From positions 4,760 through 68,759 of the forward strand of contig CAZBTD010000003.1 in assembly GCA_964494815.1 (NCBI GenBank): DNA of 64,000 bases, written 5' to 3'. Positions 27,640-38,237 of the stretch are shown here, piece after piece. This DNA is from an uncultured Ferruginibacter sp. (GTDB lineage Bacteria; Bacteroidota; Bacteroidia; Chitinophagales; Chitinophagaceae). A program made the position numbers and the translations under genes. Each line of letters starts with the position of its first letter. The first letter of the stretch is position 1. Under the pieces are notes generated by a model. That model had not been told where the DNA came from. It was given only the letters and a program-made list of their open reading frames with translations, and made no database searches.

Positions 27640-29495
27640 CGTATTGAAATCCTTACAACTGAAACTGAATTGTTCGTTGTTTGTATAGTTAGTTTTTTTA
27701 CCGGCTGCTTTTGCCAGTAATATTTTGAAATAAAGTGTTCCTCGATAGTTACCGTTGCATCTTTTGGAAATGATAAGCTGCCCCAGCTAAAATTCACCAC
27801 TGCTTTTTCTTTATCGATGCATGCAGTGTTATCATCAAAATTAAAGTTGATGGTTACCGAAGCAGCCGGCCCTTTACATTCATCTGTAATTACCCATTCA
27901 TCATTTTGCCATTTTACTTTTCTTGTATGGCTGTTGCCACGATAATCGGTATAAGCAGCAGACCATTCGTTTTGTTTAATGTCAGAAACAAAAGAAGGCT
28001 GTATCCATTTAGCCAGCAGAAACCTGCTAAGCCTTGGCATCTGTTCTTTTCCATCAAATGAAACAGTGTTATGTGCATGAACAGATTTTAAATCGGGGCC
28101 GGTGTAATTTTTTCCGGGGTTGTAAGAAAAACTGCCGGAATCCATCAACAGGTTTTTTCCTTTATGCCACAAATCAAAATGCAGTACATCATTATGTGCC
28201 GGTCTGAATTTATAAAAAGGGAAACGCAGCATTGCCCATGACTGGTTGTTTTGCATTACACAATATCCATTCTGATACAAATGCGTTTTTTTTTCAAAAG
28301 AAATTTTTTTCAACCCCGGGGTATCAATGTTCAGCCAGTACAAAGGCTCACTTTCTGCTGTATCATCAAAAAAATATTGCTGCTGGTAAAGTGCTGCAGC
28401 TAGTTGTAATGATGGTTTAAAATTTCTGTAGTCAAGCGAATGGTAATTCATCAGCAAAGCACCGTCATTAGCGCCGAGGTTGGGGCAGTCGCCTGACTGT
28501 TCATCAACCATTGCATACAGCCAGTGAATGGATGAAATAACTTTTTGAACGAATGAATTACTGAATGATACTGTATTCAACTTTTTATTCCACCACATTA
28601 CCTGGCTCATTGTATCAAGATATAGCCTGTGATAAGTAATAGAATGTTGTGAAAAGCTTCCATCAGGATACAGTAGTTCGCCTACAATTTTTTCTAATTG
28701 CTGCCCGTATTGGTTTGCCTTTGTTTTGTATTTGCCCGGAGAAAATTTATCAAGCCAGCCGAATGCAATAAATAATGCTGCCAGTTCACTTGTTGCATGA
28801 TTGTTTCTTTGTGCAATGGCATAGCGGATGTTTGGCTCAATTCTTTTTATATGTGCTTCTGTAAATCTTATTAATGACGCAGATGGTTTGTCTTCCTGCT
28901 GCAATATTACCGAAGCCATCAACACATTTAATAACCGGATAGAAGATTCCTGTCCGCATTTCCAGTTAGGTCCAATGTTCAATGGATTTTTTTCTGTCCA
29001 GTCTTTTATCCATTTATTTAATGTATCAAGATAAACATCATTACCACTAACAGCATATGCTCTTGCCAATACAGTTGCCCAGCCAAAACGGGATGCTTCC
29101 CAAATATTTTTTATATCACCAACGGTATTGCCAAAGTCAGGCAGTTCTGTCCAGTGATAATTTGTGTTTGCAAATTCAACCCCATTAAAAGGGTTTAAAA
29201 ACCAGTTGGGTACATTTCCAACGGGCATAGAGTGATAAGAATAGTATTTTATTTTTCCAGCAACCAGTTCATCCGCAGCGGTAAGAATACCTTTCTTTAA
29301 TTCCGCTGAAAAATCTTTTCTTGTTTCAACAGGTGAAAAAAAATTTTCATGGTACTGAACATTTTCTGATGGAAATTTTTTCTTATGCCATCCTGTTTTT
29401 AAACTTATCCTGTACCAAAACACATACAGCACATCGGCAATGCCGAGTTTAAAAACAACTTGTAAGTACCAAATGATTTTTTGCAGCTTAGCCAA
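27636..29495 (-). CDS. Heparinase II/III family protein (WeeF-like)
   Basis: GDIKNIWEASRF, NWKCGQE, NNH..SE, DGSFSQHS..YHR, PAHND.LHFDLW, AHNTV.FD; TTG start. Confidence 0.88.
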   Translation of the reverse strand: MAKLQKIIWYLQVVFKLGIADVLYVFWYRISLKTGWHKKKFPSENVQYHENFFSPVETRKDFSAELKKGILTAADELVAGKIKYYSYHSMPVGNVPNWFLNPFNGVEFANTNYHWTELPDFGNTVGDIKNIWEASRFGWATVLARAYAVSGNDVYLDTLNKWIKDWTEKNPLNIGPNWKCGQESSIRLLNVLMASVILQQEDKPSASLIRFTEAHIKRIEPNIRYAIAQRNNHATSELAALFIAFGWLDKFSPGKYKTKANQYGQQLEKIVGELLYPDGSFSQHSITYHRLYLDTMSQVMWWNKKLNTVSFSNSFVQKVISSIHWLYAMVDEQSGDCPNLGANDGALLMNYHSLDYRNFKPSLQLAAALYQQQYFFDDTAESEPLYWLNIDTPGLKKISFEKKTHLYQNGYCVMQNNQSWAMLRFPFYKFRPAHNDVLHFDLWHKGKNLLMDSGSFSYNPGKNYTGPDLKSVHAHNTVSFDGKEQMPRLSRFLLAKWIQPSFVSDIKQNEWSAAYTDYRGNSHTRKVKWQNDEWVITDECKGPAASVTINFNFDDNTACIDKEKAVVNFSWGSLSFPKDATVTIEEHFISKYYWQKQPVKKLTIQTTNNSVSVVRISIR

Positions 29496-29509
29496 ATGCT
29501 TCTTTCTTT

Positions 29510-31639
29510 TTAACCAACTTCCACCCAGTTTTTTGTTTTCAAACTTTCCAATGCAGCAAAAGATGCTTTGGTAACATTGATAATTTCGTTCAGCGGTATC
29601 AATGGTGCCCCGCCTGTTTTAATGCGTTTGATATATTCATCAAACTGTACCTTGTGTCCTTTGTTTATCTTGGTGCTGATGTCTTTAAATCTTTTATCGC
29701 CAAATCCTTTTGTGCTGCGAAAATTATCCATGATATAAGTACGCTCCTGCGAAAACACTTCCACTCTTTCTTTGCTGTAGGCTTTGGAGCCATTGGCAAA
29801 ATAATTTACCACTGCATTGCTGCCATTTTTAAAACGTAACAAAATGCTGGCGTTATCTGTATTTTCCTGCGGATTTTCTCCCAATGCATTCATGCACACA
29901 CTCACTACTTCGGAGCCGGTGAGATAAACACATAAATCGATATAATGACAAGCTTCACCAATAATTCTTCCTCCACCAACATTCATATCATGTACCCACA
30001 CATTCGCCGGTATCATACCTGCATTCATGGTGGCATTAATATTAACTGGTGTTGCAGATTGCCCTAATGCCTTTTTTATTGCCTGTATATGTGGAGAAAA
30101 ACGCCTGTTGAACCCAACGGTAATAGAGGTTTGTTTTTGTTGTTGCTGGTAAGCTTGTATTACATCATTTAATTGTTCCTGCGTTAAAGCCAATGGTTTT
30201 TCTACAAACACATGCTTGCCTGCTGCCAACGCTTCTGCTACAAACTTTGCATGTGAACTGTGCCTTGTAGTGATCATCACTGTATCTACATCAGCATCAT
30301 TATAAATTTCTTTATAGTTGGTAGTGCTATGGCTAAAGCCAAATTTCTTTGCCAGTATTGTTCCATTCAATCCGCCCTGCGATGCGATGTATTTATATGC
30401 TGCGCCACTTTCTTTCATTGCCGGCAGCATCGTCATCTTGGTAAAATTGCCTGCACCAATCACACCAATTACTCCTTTTGCCTGGTTATAATTTGATTGT
30501 TTAAGAACAATTGTATTAGAAACATTTTCGCTTGCTGCAGGGTATTTTAAAATGGAGGCTATAGATTTGCTTGAACCAATGTTTCCATAAATCGCAAGAA
30601 AATTATCCAGCTCTACAATTTCTGTAATCAATTCTTTCACCTGTAATTTACCGCTGCTAATGCCTTGCAGTATTGCATCCAGGTTTCTTTGCTCTGTCCA
30701 GCGTACAAATGGCAAAGGATAATCTGTTCCTTTTTGTTCATACTCTTCATCGTAACGGCCGGGGCCATATGAACAAGAAACCTGGAATGATAATTCCTTT
30801 TCATAAAAATCGGCACGGCTAATATCAAGGCCAATAACACCAACCAAAATAATACGTCCACGCTTACGGCTCATTTTAGCAGCCTGCGAAATAATATCAT
30901 TTGTTTTGGCAGAAGCTGTAATGATAACACCATCAGCACCGATGTTATTGGTGAAGTTCATTACAGTTTTTACTACATCATCGCCTTTGGCCGGGTTCAC
31001 TGTTATCACTCCCCATTTTTCCGCCATGGCACATTTTTGCTCGTCAATATCAATACCAATTACTCGACAGCCATTTGCCAATAGCATTTGTGCAGTGAGC
31101 AAACCAATGAGGCCAAGTCCTGTAACCACGATTGTTTCACCAAATGTGGGATTGCACAAGCGGATGCCCTGCAGGCCAATAGAACCAATCACTGTAAATG
31201 AAGCTTCTTCCTGGCTTACGTTATCGGGTATTTTGGCACAGAGATTTTTTGGCACATTCACATACTCCGCATGTTTGCCATTGCTTGCCACCCTGTCGCC
31301 AATTGCATAGCCAGACACACCATCACCCACTGCAATCACCACACCAGCATTACAGTAACCTAACGGCAGGGGTTGTTCCAGCCGTTTAAAAATATTCTCC
31401 AGCGTTGGCATCAGGCCGTCTGTTTTTATTTTATCCAGCACCTGTTTTACTTTGTCGGGCTGTTGCCTTGCTTTTTCTATCAGGTTGGCCTTTCCGAATT
31501 CAACCAGCATTCTTTCTGTACCCAATGATACAAGGCTGTGAGTTGTTTTTATTAATAAGCAACCCCTTGATGCCTGTGGCACAGGCACCTCAACCAATTC
31601 TGTTACACCTGTTTTAAACGACTGTATTATTTGTTTCAT
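29510..31639 (-). CDS. Bi-domain oxidoreductase (MDR + Gfo/Idh/MocA; WeeE-like)
   Basis: SLGTE, PLGY, GLGLIG, SCSYGPGRYD; second domain IGAGNF, VEKP, VGFNRRF, GEACH. Confidence 0.92.
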   Translation of the reverse strand: MKQIIQSFKTGVTELVEVPVPQASRGCLLIKTTHSLVSLGTERMLVEFGKANLIEKARQQPDKVKQVLDKIKTDGLMPTLENIFKRLEQPLPLGYCNAGVVIAVGDGVSGYAIGDRVASNGKHAEYVNVPKNLCAKIPDNVSQEEASFTVIGSIGLQGIRLCNPTFGETIVVTGLGLIGLLTAQMLLANGCRVIGIDIDEQKCAMAEKWGVITVNPAKGDDVVKTVMNFTNNIGADGVIITASAKTNDIISQAAKMSRKRGRIILVGVIGLDISRADFYEKELSFQVSCSYGPGRYDEEYEQKGTDYPLPFVRWTEQRNLDAILQGISSGKLQVKELITEIVELDNFLAIYGNIGSSKSIASILKYPAASENVSNTIVLKQSNYNQAKGVIGVIGAGNFTKMTMLPAMKESGAAYKYIASQGGLNGTILAKKFGFSHSTTNYKEIYNDADVDTVMITTRHSSHAKFVAEALAAGKHVFVEKPLALTQEQLNDVIQAYQQQQKQTSITVGFNRRFSPHIQAIKKALGQSATPVNINATMNAGMIPANVWVHDMNVGGGRIIGEACHYIDLCVYLTGSEVVSVCMNALGENPQENTDNASILLRFKNGSNAVVNYFANGSKAYSKERVEVFSQERTYIMDNFRSTKGFGDKRFKDISTKINKGHKVQFDEYIKRIKTGGAPLIPLNEIINVTKASFAALESLKTKNWVEVG

Positions 31640-31657
31640 TAATGAATTATTCTAAGT

Positions 31658-32338
31658 TTATTTTTTTCTCATCACTACCAGCAGCATTGTCTTCTGGTAT
31701 TTACCCGGTAAAAAAACTGTGAGTGCGGAATAGTACGGCACTTCTCCCTGGAAAATCAGTTGTTCTATTTTCCATCCTTTGTTTTCAAATGCCATAATAT
31801 CTGACTTTGACATAAGTGTATGGAGAAATTTTCTATAGCCTGGTTTGCCAAATATGTTGTAAGTGAAGGTTTCTATTATCCTGTAAAGGCTTTGTTTATT
31901 GGGTACAGAAAAAATAAAAACACCGCCGGGTTTCAGCATCCTGTTTGTTTCAGCAATAATGCCTGTAGCGTCCTCAATATATTCCAGCACACTTGATGAT
32001 ATGGCAGCATCAAAACTGTTTGACTGAAACTGGGATAAAAATGAAACGGATAAATAGCTTTCTGTAAATTGGATATTGGGTGACGGACCAACTTCCTTAA
32101 TTGCCCTTTCTATCATTTTGCCCGAACCATCAACAGCATGAAGCTGGTTGCCTGACTGCACTATCTCTTTTGCCATAAGGCCAGGGCCACAGCCTAGTTC
32201 AATTACCGATTTGCCAGAGCCAATGTATTGTTGAAACAAATCTTTCCATACAGAAAGCCTGTCTTTAAAACTATTTTTATCATCATACCGCTTTCTGAAA
32301 GTACTGGCATTATTGTCGTGAAGTTCAACTGCGTCCAT
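31658..32338 (-). CDS. Class I SAM-dependent methyltransferase
   Basis: VIELGCGPG, VDGS, FDAAISSSVLEY, LKPGG. Confidence 0.88.
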   Translation of the reverse strand: MDAVELHDNNASTFRKRYDDKNSFKDRLSVWKDLFQQYIGSGKSVIELGCGPGLMAKEIVQSGNQLHAVDGSGKMIERAIKEVGPSPNIQFTESYLSVSFLSQFQSNSFDAAISSSVLEYIEDATGIIAETNRMLKPGGVFIFSVPNKQSLYRIIETFTYNIFGKPGYRKFLHTLMSKSDIMAFENKGWKIEQLIFQGEVPYYSALTVFLPGKYQKTMLLVVMRKK

Positions 32339-32412
32339 AAAAAAATTTTGAAAGAGTAATGTTTGTTGTATTGGCAGGAATAAAAAAACTATTGCAAAGC
32401 AGTTTGCAACTT

Positions 32413-33189
32413 CTATCGTGGCATATTTTTCCTGATAAGATCTTTTTTCTCCTGCAAGTTGGGATAATTTATGAGTACTGCTTTATATACACCCTTAAAA
32501 ACAAAGAGGCTTCCTGCCGCAGCACCAATAATGCCAAATTTATTAATCAGCTGTCCTATATCCTCCAACGAACCGGCACCACCCAGTACTGTTAATGGCA
32601 CTGTAATCATTTTCCTCATTTTTTCTATGAGTGCTACATCATAGCCTTTCATCACTCCATCGTGGTCTATTGAGTTAATAACGATTTCGCCAACCCCAAG
32701 TTCTTCAAACTTTTTGGCCAGGTCAAATGGGTTTTTGCCGGTGGCTTTTGTTCCATTGCAGGTATAAACTTCATAGCCGCCAAACGTTTTCTTTTTTACA
32801 TCCAATACCACTACCACACTCTGGCTGCCTACCTGTTGTGCTATCTCTGTTACCAGCTCTGGATTTTCTATTGCCGCAGAACTGATGGCTACCTTTTCAA
32901 CGCCGAGGGAAAAAATCCGTAATGCCTGTTCTGCATTTTTTATTCCACCGCCATAGCAAAGTGGCATCCTGCATTCTGATGCCCAAAACTCAATCATTTT
33001 ATAATCGGGTTCTCTTTTTTCCCGGCTTGCATCAATATCCATCACCATCAGTTCATCCGATTCTTTTTCGTTGAATATTCTCACTGCATTAAGTGGGTCG
33101 CCAACGTATTTTGGATTGCCAAACTTTACAGTTTTTACGAGGCCTTTATTTTGAACTAATAAACAGGGAATGATCCTGGGACGGAGCAT
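32413..33189 (-). CDS. HisF-like protein of sugar acetamidino modification (AglZ/WbuZ-like)
   Basis: PRIIPCLL, YVGDPLNAVRIFNEKE, AAAGSLFVFKGVYKAVLINYP; polysaccharide context. Confidence 0.9.
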   Translation of the reverse strand: MLRPRIIPCLLVQNKGLVKTVKFGNPKYVGDPLNAVRIFNEKESDELMVMDIDASREKREPDYKMIEFWASECRMPLCYGGGIKNAEQALRIFSLGVEKVAISSAAIENPELVTEIAQQVGSQSVVVVLDVKKKTFGGYEVYTCNGTKATGKNPFDLAKKFEELGVGEIVINSIDHDGVMKGYDVALIEKMRKMITVPLTVLGGAGSLEDIGQLINKFGIIGAAAGSLFVFKGVYKAVLINYPNLQEKKDLIRKNMPR

Positions 33190-33191
33190 AC

Positions 33192-33806
33192 TTATAGTTT
33201 TGAAAAATTCTGTAATAGTTTAACGCCATCGTGATGGCTTTTTTCAGGATGGCATTGCACGCCATAAATATTTTTATGGTTGATGGCGCATGCATATGGT
33301 CCGCCATAATCTGCAGTGGCTATTATATCAGCCGGGTTGTTGCAGGAAAAATAATAGGAATGTAAAAAATAAAAACTTGACTCTTCATCAAATCCATCAA
33401 ACAAAGGATTAACGGGCATTACAGGTTTTACAGTATTCCATCCCATATGTGGCAACCTTGTAGTGGATGGTATTTTTGTGATGTCAAATTTTTTCACAGT
33501 AGCATCTACCCATCCAAGGCCCGGCAATTTTCCTTCATCGCTTGAGTGTGCCAGCATTTGCATACCAACACAAATACCAATTACAGGTGTACCATTTTTT
33601 ACCATTTGCTCTGCCCTGCTCCGCATGCCCGACTCATTAAACTTCATCATGGCATGATCAAAAGCACCCACACCGGGAAGTATCAATTTTTCTGCGCCAT
33701 CCAAATCACTTTCTGTGTTGGCAATGCTAACAGGCACATCCAGCTTTTTATATACATTGGCAAATGCCCTTATGTTGCCAACTCCATAATCTATTATTGC
33801 TATCAT
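33192..33806 (-). CDS. HisH-like glutamine amidotransferase (WbuY-like)
   Basis: IDYGVGN, PGVGAF, GICVGMQ, PHMGWN, QCHPEKS. Confidence 0.92.
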   Translation of the reverse strand: MIAIIDYGVGNIRAFANVYKKLDVPVSIANTESDLDGAEKLILPGVGAFDHAMMKFNESGMRSRAEQMVKNGTPVIGICVGMQMLAHSSDEGKLPGLGWVDATVKKFDITKIPSTTRLPHMGWNTVKPVMPVNPLFDGFDEESSFYFLHSYYFSCNNPADIIATADYGGPYACAINHKNIYGVQCHPEKSHHDGVKLLQNFSKL

Positions 33807-34963
33807 CTAAACAATCTTTTTTCAAGGCCCAGCAGCATCATTGCCCTTGCACCAAGATTAATGATGTGTCGTTTATTGCGGTAGTCTTTATAACTTTTTT
33901 TCGGTGCTTCAAATATTTGCTGAAACTCCTGTACTGTAATACCAAGTTTATTTGCCACGTATTCAAACTCCTGTTTTAGAGTTTGCTCATCCAACTCTGG
34001 CCTTGATATGCGGTCAAGTGCTTCATCCCTTGTCATTTGATTAGTAAGAATAAGGCTGCTGAAATGTGCCCTTCGTTTTTCGTAACCAAAGCGACGTGGC
34101 AACCAGTAGTCTTCATAAAATCTTGTGAAGCGGCTTTCATGGTGTTTGTGTTGAAATTTTTCCCAGCCAAACAAATCATGCAATAATTTTTCTGCGTCTT
34201 TCTTAATGTAAGGCACATGGTTTAATGGTTTTTCCACTTTCATACCCAATACATAAGGGTAATACAATTTATAAGTAAGTATATCAACTACAGGAAAAGT
34301 TTTAAGTGGATGTTTCCCAAATTTTTTATGGATGTCATTCACCAGCCATTTATCGATGCCGGGGTAGCCTCCCCATTCTTCCGGCTCACGGCAACACTCT
34401 GTAGAAAAGTTAGCGCCGGTAAGCACATACTTAATTTTATTTTTTACCGCAAACTTGTATAATGCCGAAAAAAAAGCAATGTCCTGTGGAGCATCCTGGC
34501 CTGCGCCACCCGCCTTAAAATAAGCCAGCTGCAGGTCTTTCATTTCTTCCCAGTTAATTACTTCTGTATACAAATCAAGCCCAAGGCCATTGATAAGTTT
34601 TTCAATATTACCTACCGCCTGCTGTGTATTCCATCCTGCATCCACATGAAAAAGTAAAGGGCGAAGACCCATTTTTTTTACTGCTGTGTAAGCAGCAAAA
34701 GAACTATCGAGCCCGCCACTTAAACCAAGTATGCAGTCAAAGTCTTTTCCTTTGCCGGCTTTTTTTATTCTTTCGGCCATTTTTGCCAGCTCTGCTTCGC
34801 CACGTTCATCTGTGTGCCAGTAAGGCAAAATATTTTTTTGAAAATTGTGATAATAATCACTGATGCCTTCTTCATCAAAAACAATTCGTGGATCTGAAGT
34901 GTCCATTATTGTTTTAGTACAAATTTGATAGGGCCTGTTATTCTCCGTTAAATACTTACTCAT
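33803..34963 (-). CDS. N-acetyl sugar amidotransferase (WbpG/WbuX family)
   Basis: PP-loop SGGLDSS, HVDAGWN, QDAPQD, KHHESRFT. Confidence 0.92.
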   Translation of the reverse strand: MSKYLTENNRPYQICTKTIMDTSDPRIVFDEEGISDYYHNFQKNILPYWHTDERGEAELAKMAERIKKAGKGKDFDCILGLSGGLDSSFAAYTAVKKMGLRPLLFHVDAGWNTQQAVGNIEKLINGLGLDLYTEVINWEEMKDLQLAYFKAGGAGQDAPQDIAFFSALYKFAVKNKIKYVLTGANFSTECCREPEEWGGYPGIDKWLVNDIHKKFGKHPLKTFPVVDILTYKLYYPYVLGMKVEKPLNHVPYIKKDAEKLLHDLFGWEKFQHKHHESRFTRFYEDYWLPRRFGYEKRRAHFSSLILTNQMTRDEALDRISRPELDEQTLKQEFEYVANKLGITVQEFQQIFEAPKKSYKDYRNKRHIINLGARAMMLLGLEKRLFR

Positions 34964-36105
34964 TTTTTCTGTCGATTTTTTTGATACACTTCAACTAAAT
35001 AGCTGAAGGTTTCTGTTGCACATCTTTTCCATGAATACTGCTCACTCAGCTCCTTTGCCCGTTGTGCAAGTTTTGTTTTTAAATGTGAGTCTGTCAAAAT
35101 TTTTTCTGTTGCGTCAGCAATTGATACTGCATTTTCAGGATCAAAGTATACACCTCCATCCTTCAACACTTCGGGCATAGGGCCCAAGTTACTGCATGCA
35201 ATTGGCAATCCTGATGCCATAGCTTCCACCAGCGTGTTGGGCATGTTTTCGCAACTGGACGCAAAAATAAAAATATCTGCCTTTGAAAGTAGCTGCGGCA
35301 CCATATCATGGCTTACTTTATTTATCCGGGTGATAAATGTTTCCTGTGGGTCGTATTGTGCAATGGCGGCAGTAAATTTATCCTGTCCCGGGCCTGCACC
35401 ACCGCCTGCAAAAGTGATATGTGCATTGTGCCCCTTTTTGTTGAGGATACTAAAAGCTTCCACTACATTCCACTGGTGCTTGTATAAAGCTGCATTGGAA
35501 ACATACAAACATTGCACCGGAGCATTGTCAGCTACTGGTTTCTTATTATTATCAGTAATACGAAAATTATTACTTACACCATGCGGTACCACCTTGTATT
35601 CTTTTATTTTTCCTGTCCAGGTTTGTATTACATCTGCTGCATATTTGGTAAGAAAAATACAGGCGTCTGCATTTTTTAAAGACCGGGACTGAACAAAACG
35701 AAGGATAAATAACCGCAGCCATTCTCTTCCCATACCGTACCTGGCAATTTCCCTTCGTTCGTAGCTGAGCATATCACGACTCATAACAACAGAAGGATGA
35801 TAAATACATACTGTGCCAGCATCGGTACTTAATAGTATATCACAGCCGGATTGTTTTACTTCCGCTGGAAAATTTTTGTATTGCCACCATAATTGCTTTA
35901 GCATCCCCATCTCCAGTTGCGGCGGATTATGTTTTACCAGCCATGGGTAGTCCGGCAATGCATCTAACAAAGATTTGTAACTCCATATATGCACTTCATC
36001 TATCCCGTGCTGCTGCGGATTGCCATCATTAATAATACCAATAAGATGTGCCTTTGCGCCACCAGATCGGTTTCTTGATGCATCAATTGCAATCTTAATT
36101 CCCAT
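34960..36105 (-). CDS. GT4 glycosyltransferase
   Basis: SGGA, VPHGV, YKHQ, ENMPNTLVEAMASG. Confidence 0.9.
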   Translation of the reverse strand: MGIKIAIDASRNRSGGAKAHLIGIINDGNPQQHGIDEVHIWSYKSLLDALPDYPWLVKHNPPQLEMGMLKQLWWQYKNFPAEVKQSGCDILLSTDAGTVCIYHPSVVMSRDMLSYERREIARYGMGREWLRLFILRFVQSRSLKNADACIFLTKYAADVIQTWTGKIKEYKVVPHGVSNNFRITDNNKKPVADNAPVQCLYVSNAALYKHQWNVVEAFSILNKKGHNAHITFAGGGAGPGQDKFTAAIAQYDPQETFITRINKVSHDMVPQLLSKADIFIFASSCENMPNTLVEAMASGLPIACSNLGPMPEVLKDGGVYFDPENAVSIADATEKILTDSHLKTKLAQRAKELSEQYSWKRCATETFSYLVEVYQKNRQKK

Positions 36106-36110
36106 TTAAG

Positions 36111-37208
36111 TTAAGATAAATGACTGGTGATAAACTTTAAAAAAAATGTGCTGATTTTTTCAGGTGCAAATTGCTGAATGTCATCCGTTGCTTGCTGCCC
36201 ATATAGAGAACGCAAGGCTTCATCACTCATCAATTTTTTAAGGCAAATTTCAAACATAGTGTCATCAAAAAGTGATATCAAAAATCCATTCGTCCCATTG
36301 TTTATCATTTCCGCCGGCCCGGTAAAGCAATCATAAGATATCACCGGCAACCCTGCCGCCATTGCCTCACCTACTACATTAGGGAATCCTTCAGAACTTG
36401 ATGTGAAGGCAAAAATTTTTGCCTTCAAATAATAATCATCTACATTTTGTTGTGCACCAGTAAAAACAACCCTGTCATTTACTCCAAGTTTTTTTGCAAG
36501 CTCCTGCAAATTATCCATCATATATTGCCCGGGAAATGGTTGACCTACAAGTACCAGTTTCCATCCGGGCATATTAACGGAGGCAAAAATTTTTATCAGC
36601 CTGTCATGGTGTTTGCCTTCTATCAACCGGCTTACCATTAGCACATTATTTTCTCTTTTAGCTTGCTGTACTTTTTCGGCCGGTATTTGTTTTATTGGAT
36701 TACCGATTACTTTTATTTTAAGTGTAGGCCAATGGCTACTGTATATTTTTTCTGCTGCAACTGTTTGCAGTATCAGACCTTCGGCCCTTGGATATAGCCA
36801 GCGCCGCAAACTGTTGTGCACCTTTCCAAGGTTTTTCATTGGCTGGCTCCTGTCTGCTATATATATTTTTATTCCTGTACCAAGTAATGAAAGCAGCACC
36901 ATATTATTCCACCGCTCCCCAAAACTTAAAACCGTATCTGGCTTTAATGATGTAATTTTTTTCCTGAGAAAGCTAAGTGTTTTTATGCCGTGCTGCCTTC
37001 GTTTTTTTGAGTTAAAAATCCAGCCCGGTATGTGTATTGTAATATTGCCAGGCAATGGATAAAATATTTCTCTTGACGGGCCATATAAAACAAGATGTAC
37101 ATCCAGATTTTCATTTTTTGCAAACTGTGCAGCCAGTTCACTCATCACCCTTTCCATTCCACCTGGCTCAAGAGACGGTATTACCAGGCATACTTTTATC
37201 TTCTTCAA
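36111..37208 (-). CDS. GT4 glycosyltransferase (PglH/PglJ-like)
   Basis: GGMERV, IGNP, SRL, EGFPNVVGEAM, GPAEMI; TTG start. Confidence 0.9.
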   Translation of the reverse strand: MKKIKVCLVIPSLEPGGMERVMSELAAQFAKNENLDVHLVLYGPSREIFYPLPGNITIHIPGWIFNSKKRRQHGIKTLSFLRKKITSLKPDTVLSFGERWNNMVLLSLLGTGIKIYIADRSQPMKNLGKVHNSLRRWLYPRAEGLILQTVAAEKIYSSHWPTLKIKVIGNPIKQIPAEKVQQAKRENNVLMVSRLIEGKHHDRLIKIFASVNMPGWKLVLVGQPFPGQYMMDNLQELAKKLGVNDRVVFTGAQQNVDDYYLKAKIFAFTSSSEGFPNVVGEAMAAGLPVISYDCFTGPAEMINNGTNGFLISLFDDTMFEICLKKLMSDEALRSLYGQQATDDIQQFAPEKISTFFLKFITSHLS

Positions 37209-38237
37209 TTACCTTGTCTTCTCTTTTATTTTTTTTATTACATCATCTACCATCCATGCCTGCGGATTAAATTTTCCTGCATGCCAGTTCATTTGCTTAT
37301 CCCAATAACCTTCACATTGTTCATAGCCTGCCTGCGAAAAACCGAAACTAAACTCCACCACCAAAGGATTTTTATTTTCATCAAAAACATAATCCACAGC
37401 AAAAGCCTGCGATTTTACTTTATCTGCAATGTCAAAACTTGTTTGTATCAATTTTTCATCAAACAGCTCTTTGTTGTATAAAATGAAGCCGCTGCCCGAT
37501 GCCCTGAAATCATTATCCCTTACCATTCGTTTTATAGCGAATGCTTTTTCATCAATCACCACTACTCTTATATCACAATCATTGTTTGGTACAAAATCCT
37601 GGAAATATACATAGCCTTTTTCCCTGCCCGCCATTCTTGCTGACTCTGGATGACGGAAAAACCTTGCAGCCCCTTTCATTACATCTGTTGCAGTGGTTTT
37701 TCCTTTCCTGTACAACCGTATCCTGTCTTTGATATTACCCCATGCGTCGTATGCAGCAAAGCCACTGCCAAATGCCTTATTAATTAATGAAACAGCCGCT
37801 TCTTTTGAATGAACCAGTTTAACATTGGCAGAGCCTGCACCTCCCCTTAACTTAAAAACTTTGGGAAAACTTGCCTGTTGTATCCATTGCAAAGCATCAG
37901 CCTTGGTGTAAAAAGTATAAGTATTAATAAATGGGATATGCAGGCTTTCCAGTATATATTTTTGCCCTACTTTATCATCGAAATGCCAGGCGGTATTAAA
38001 GTCGGGAAATAAAATTTTCCCTGTTTGCTGTAGTGCAAACAATAAAGCTTTGGCCATTTTGTTATCTCTTGCATTTCCATGATTGATATGCCACATCAGT
38101 GCATCACAATCTTCCAGTTGCTTAATAATATCACTGGCATAGCAATTCACAATTTTATATGGAATATTTTTTTCCTGGCAATACTGTATCCAGCGGCCAT
38201 CAAATCCATGCTTTGTTTTGTGAATGGCTATCATCAT
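37209..38237 (-). CDS. RimK-like ATP-grasp ligase
   Basis: FDDKVGQ, PKVFKLRGGAGS, YFQDFVP, DIRVVVI, DFRASGSG, AVDY, VVEFS. Confidence 0.82.
   Translation of the reverse strand: MMIAIHKTKHGFDGRWIQYCQEKNIPYKIVNCYASDIIKQLEDCDALMWHINHGNARDNKMAKALLFALQQTGKILFPDFNTAWHFDDKVGQKYILESLHIPFINTYTFYTKADALQWIQQASFPKVFKLRGGAGSANVKLVHSKEAAVSLINKAFGSGFAAYDAWGNIKDRIRLYRKGKTTATDVMKGAARFFRHPESARMAGREKGYVYFQDFVPNNDCDIRVVVIDEKAFAIKRMVRDNDFRASGSGFILYNKELFDEKLIQTSFDIADKVKSQAFAVDYVFDENKNPLVVEFSFGFSQAGYEQCEGYWDKQMNWHAGKFNPQAWMVDDVIKKIKEKTR

Noticed and set aside
32413-33806. hisF/hisH as histidine biosynthesis genes
   Set aside because: No other his genes are present; they are coupled to a sugar amidotransferase.
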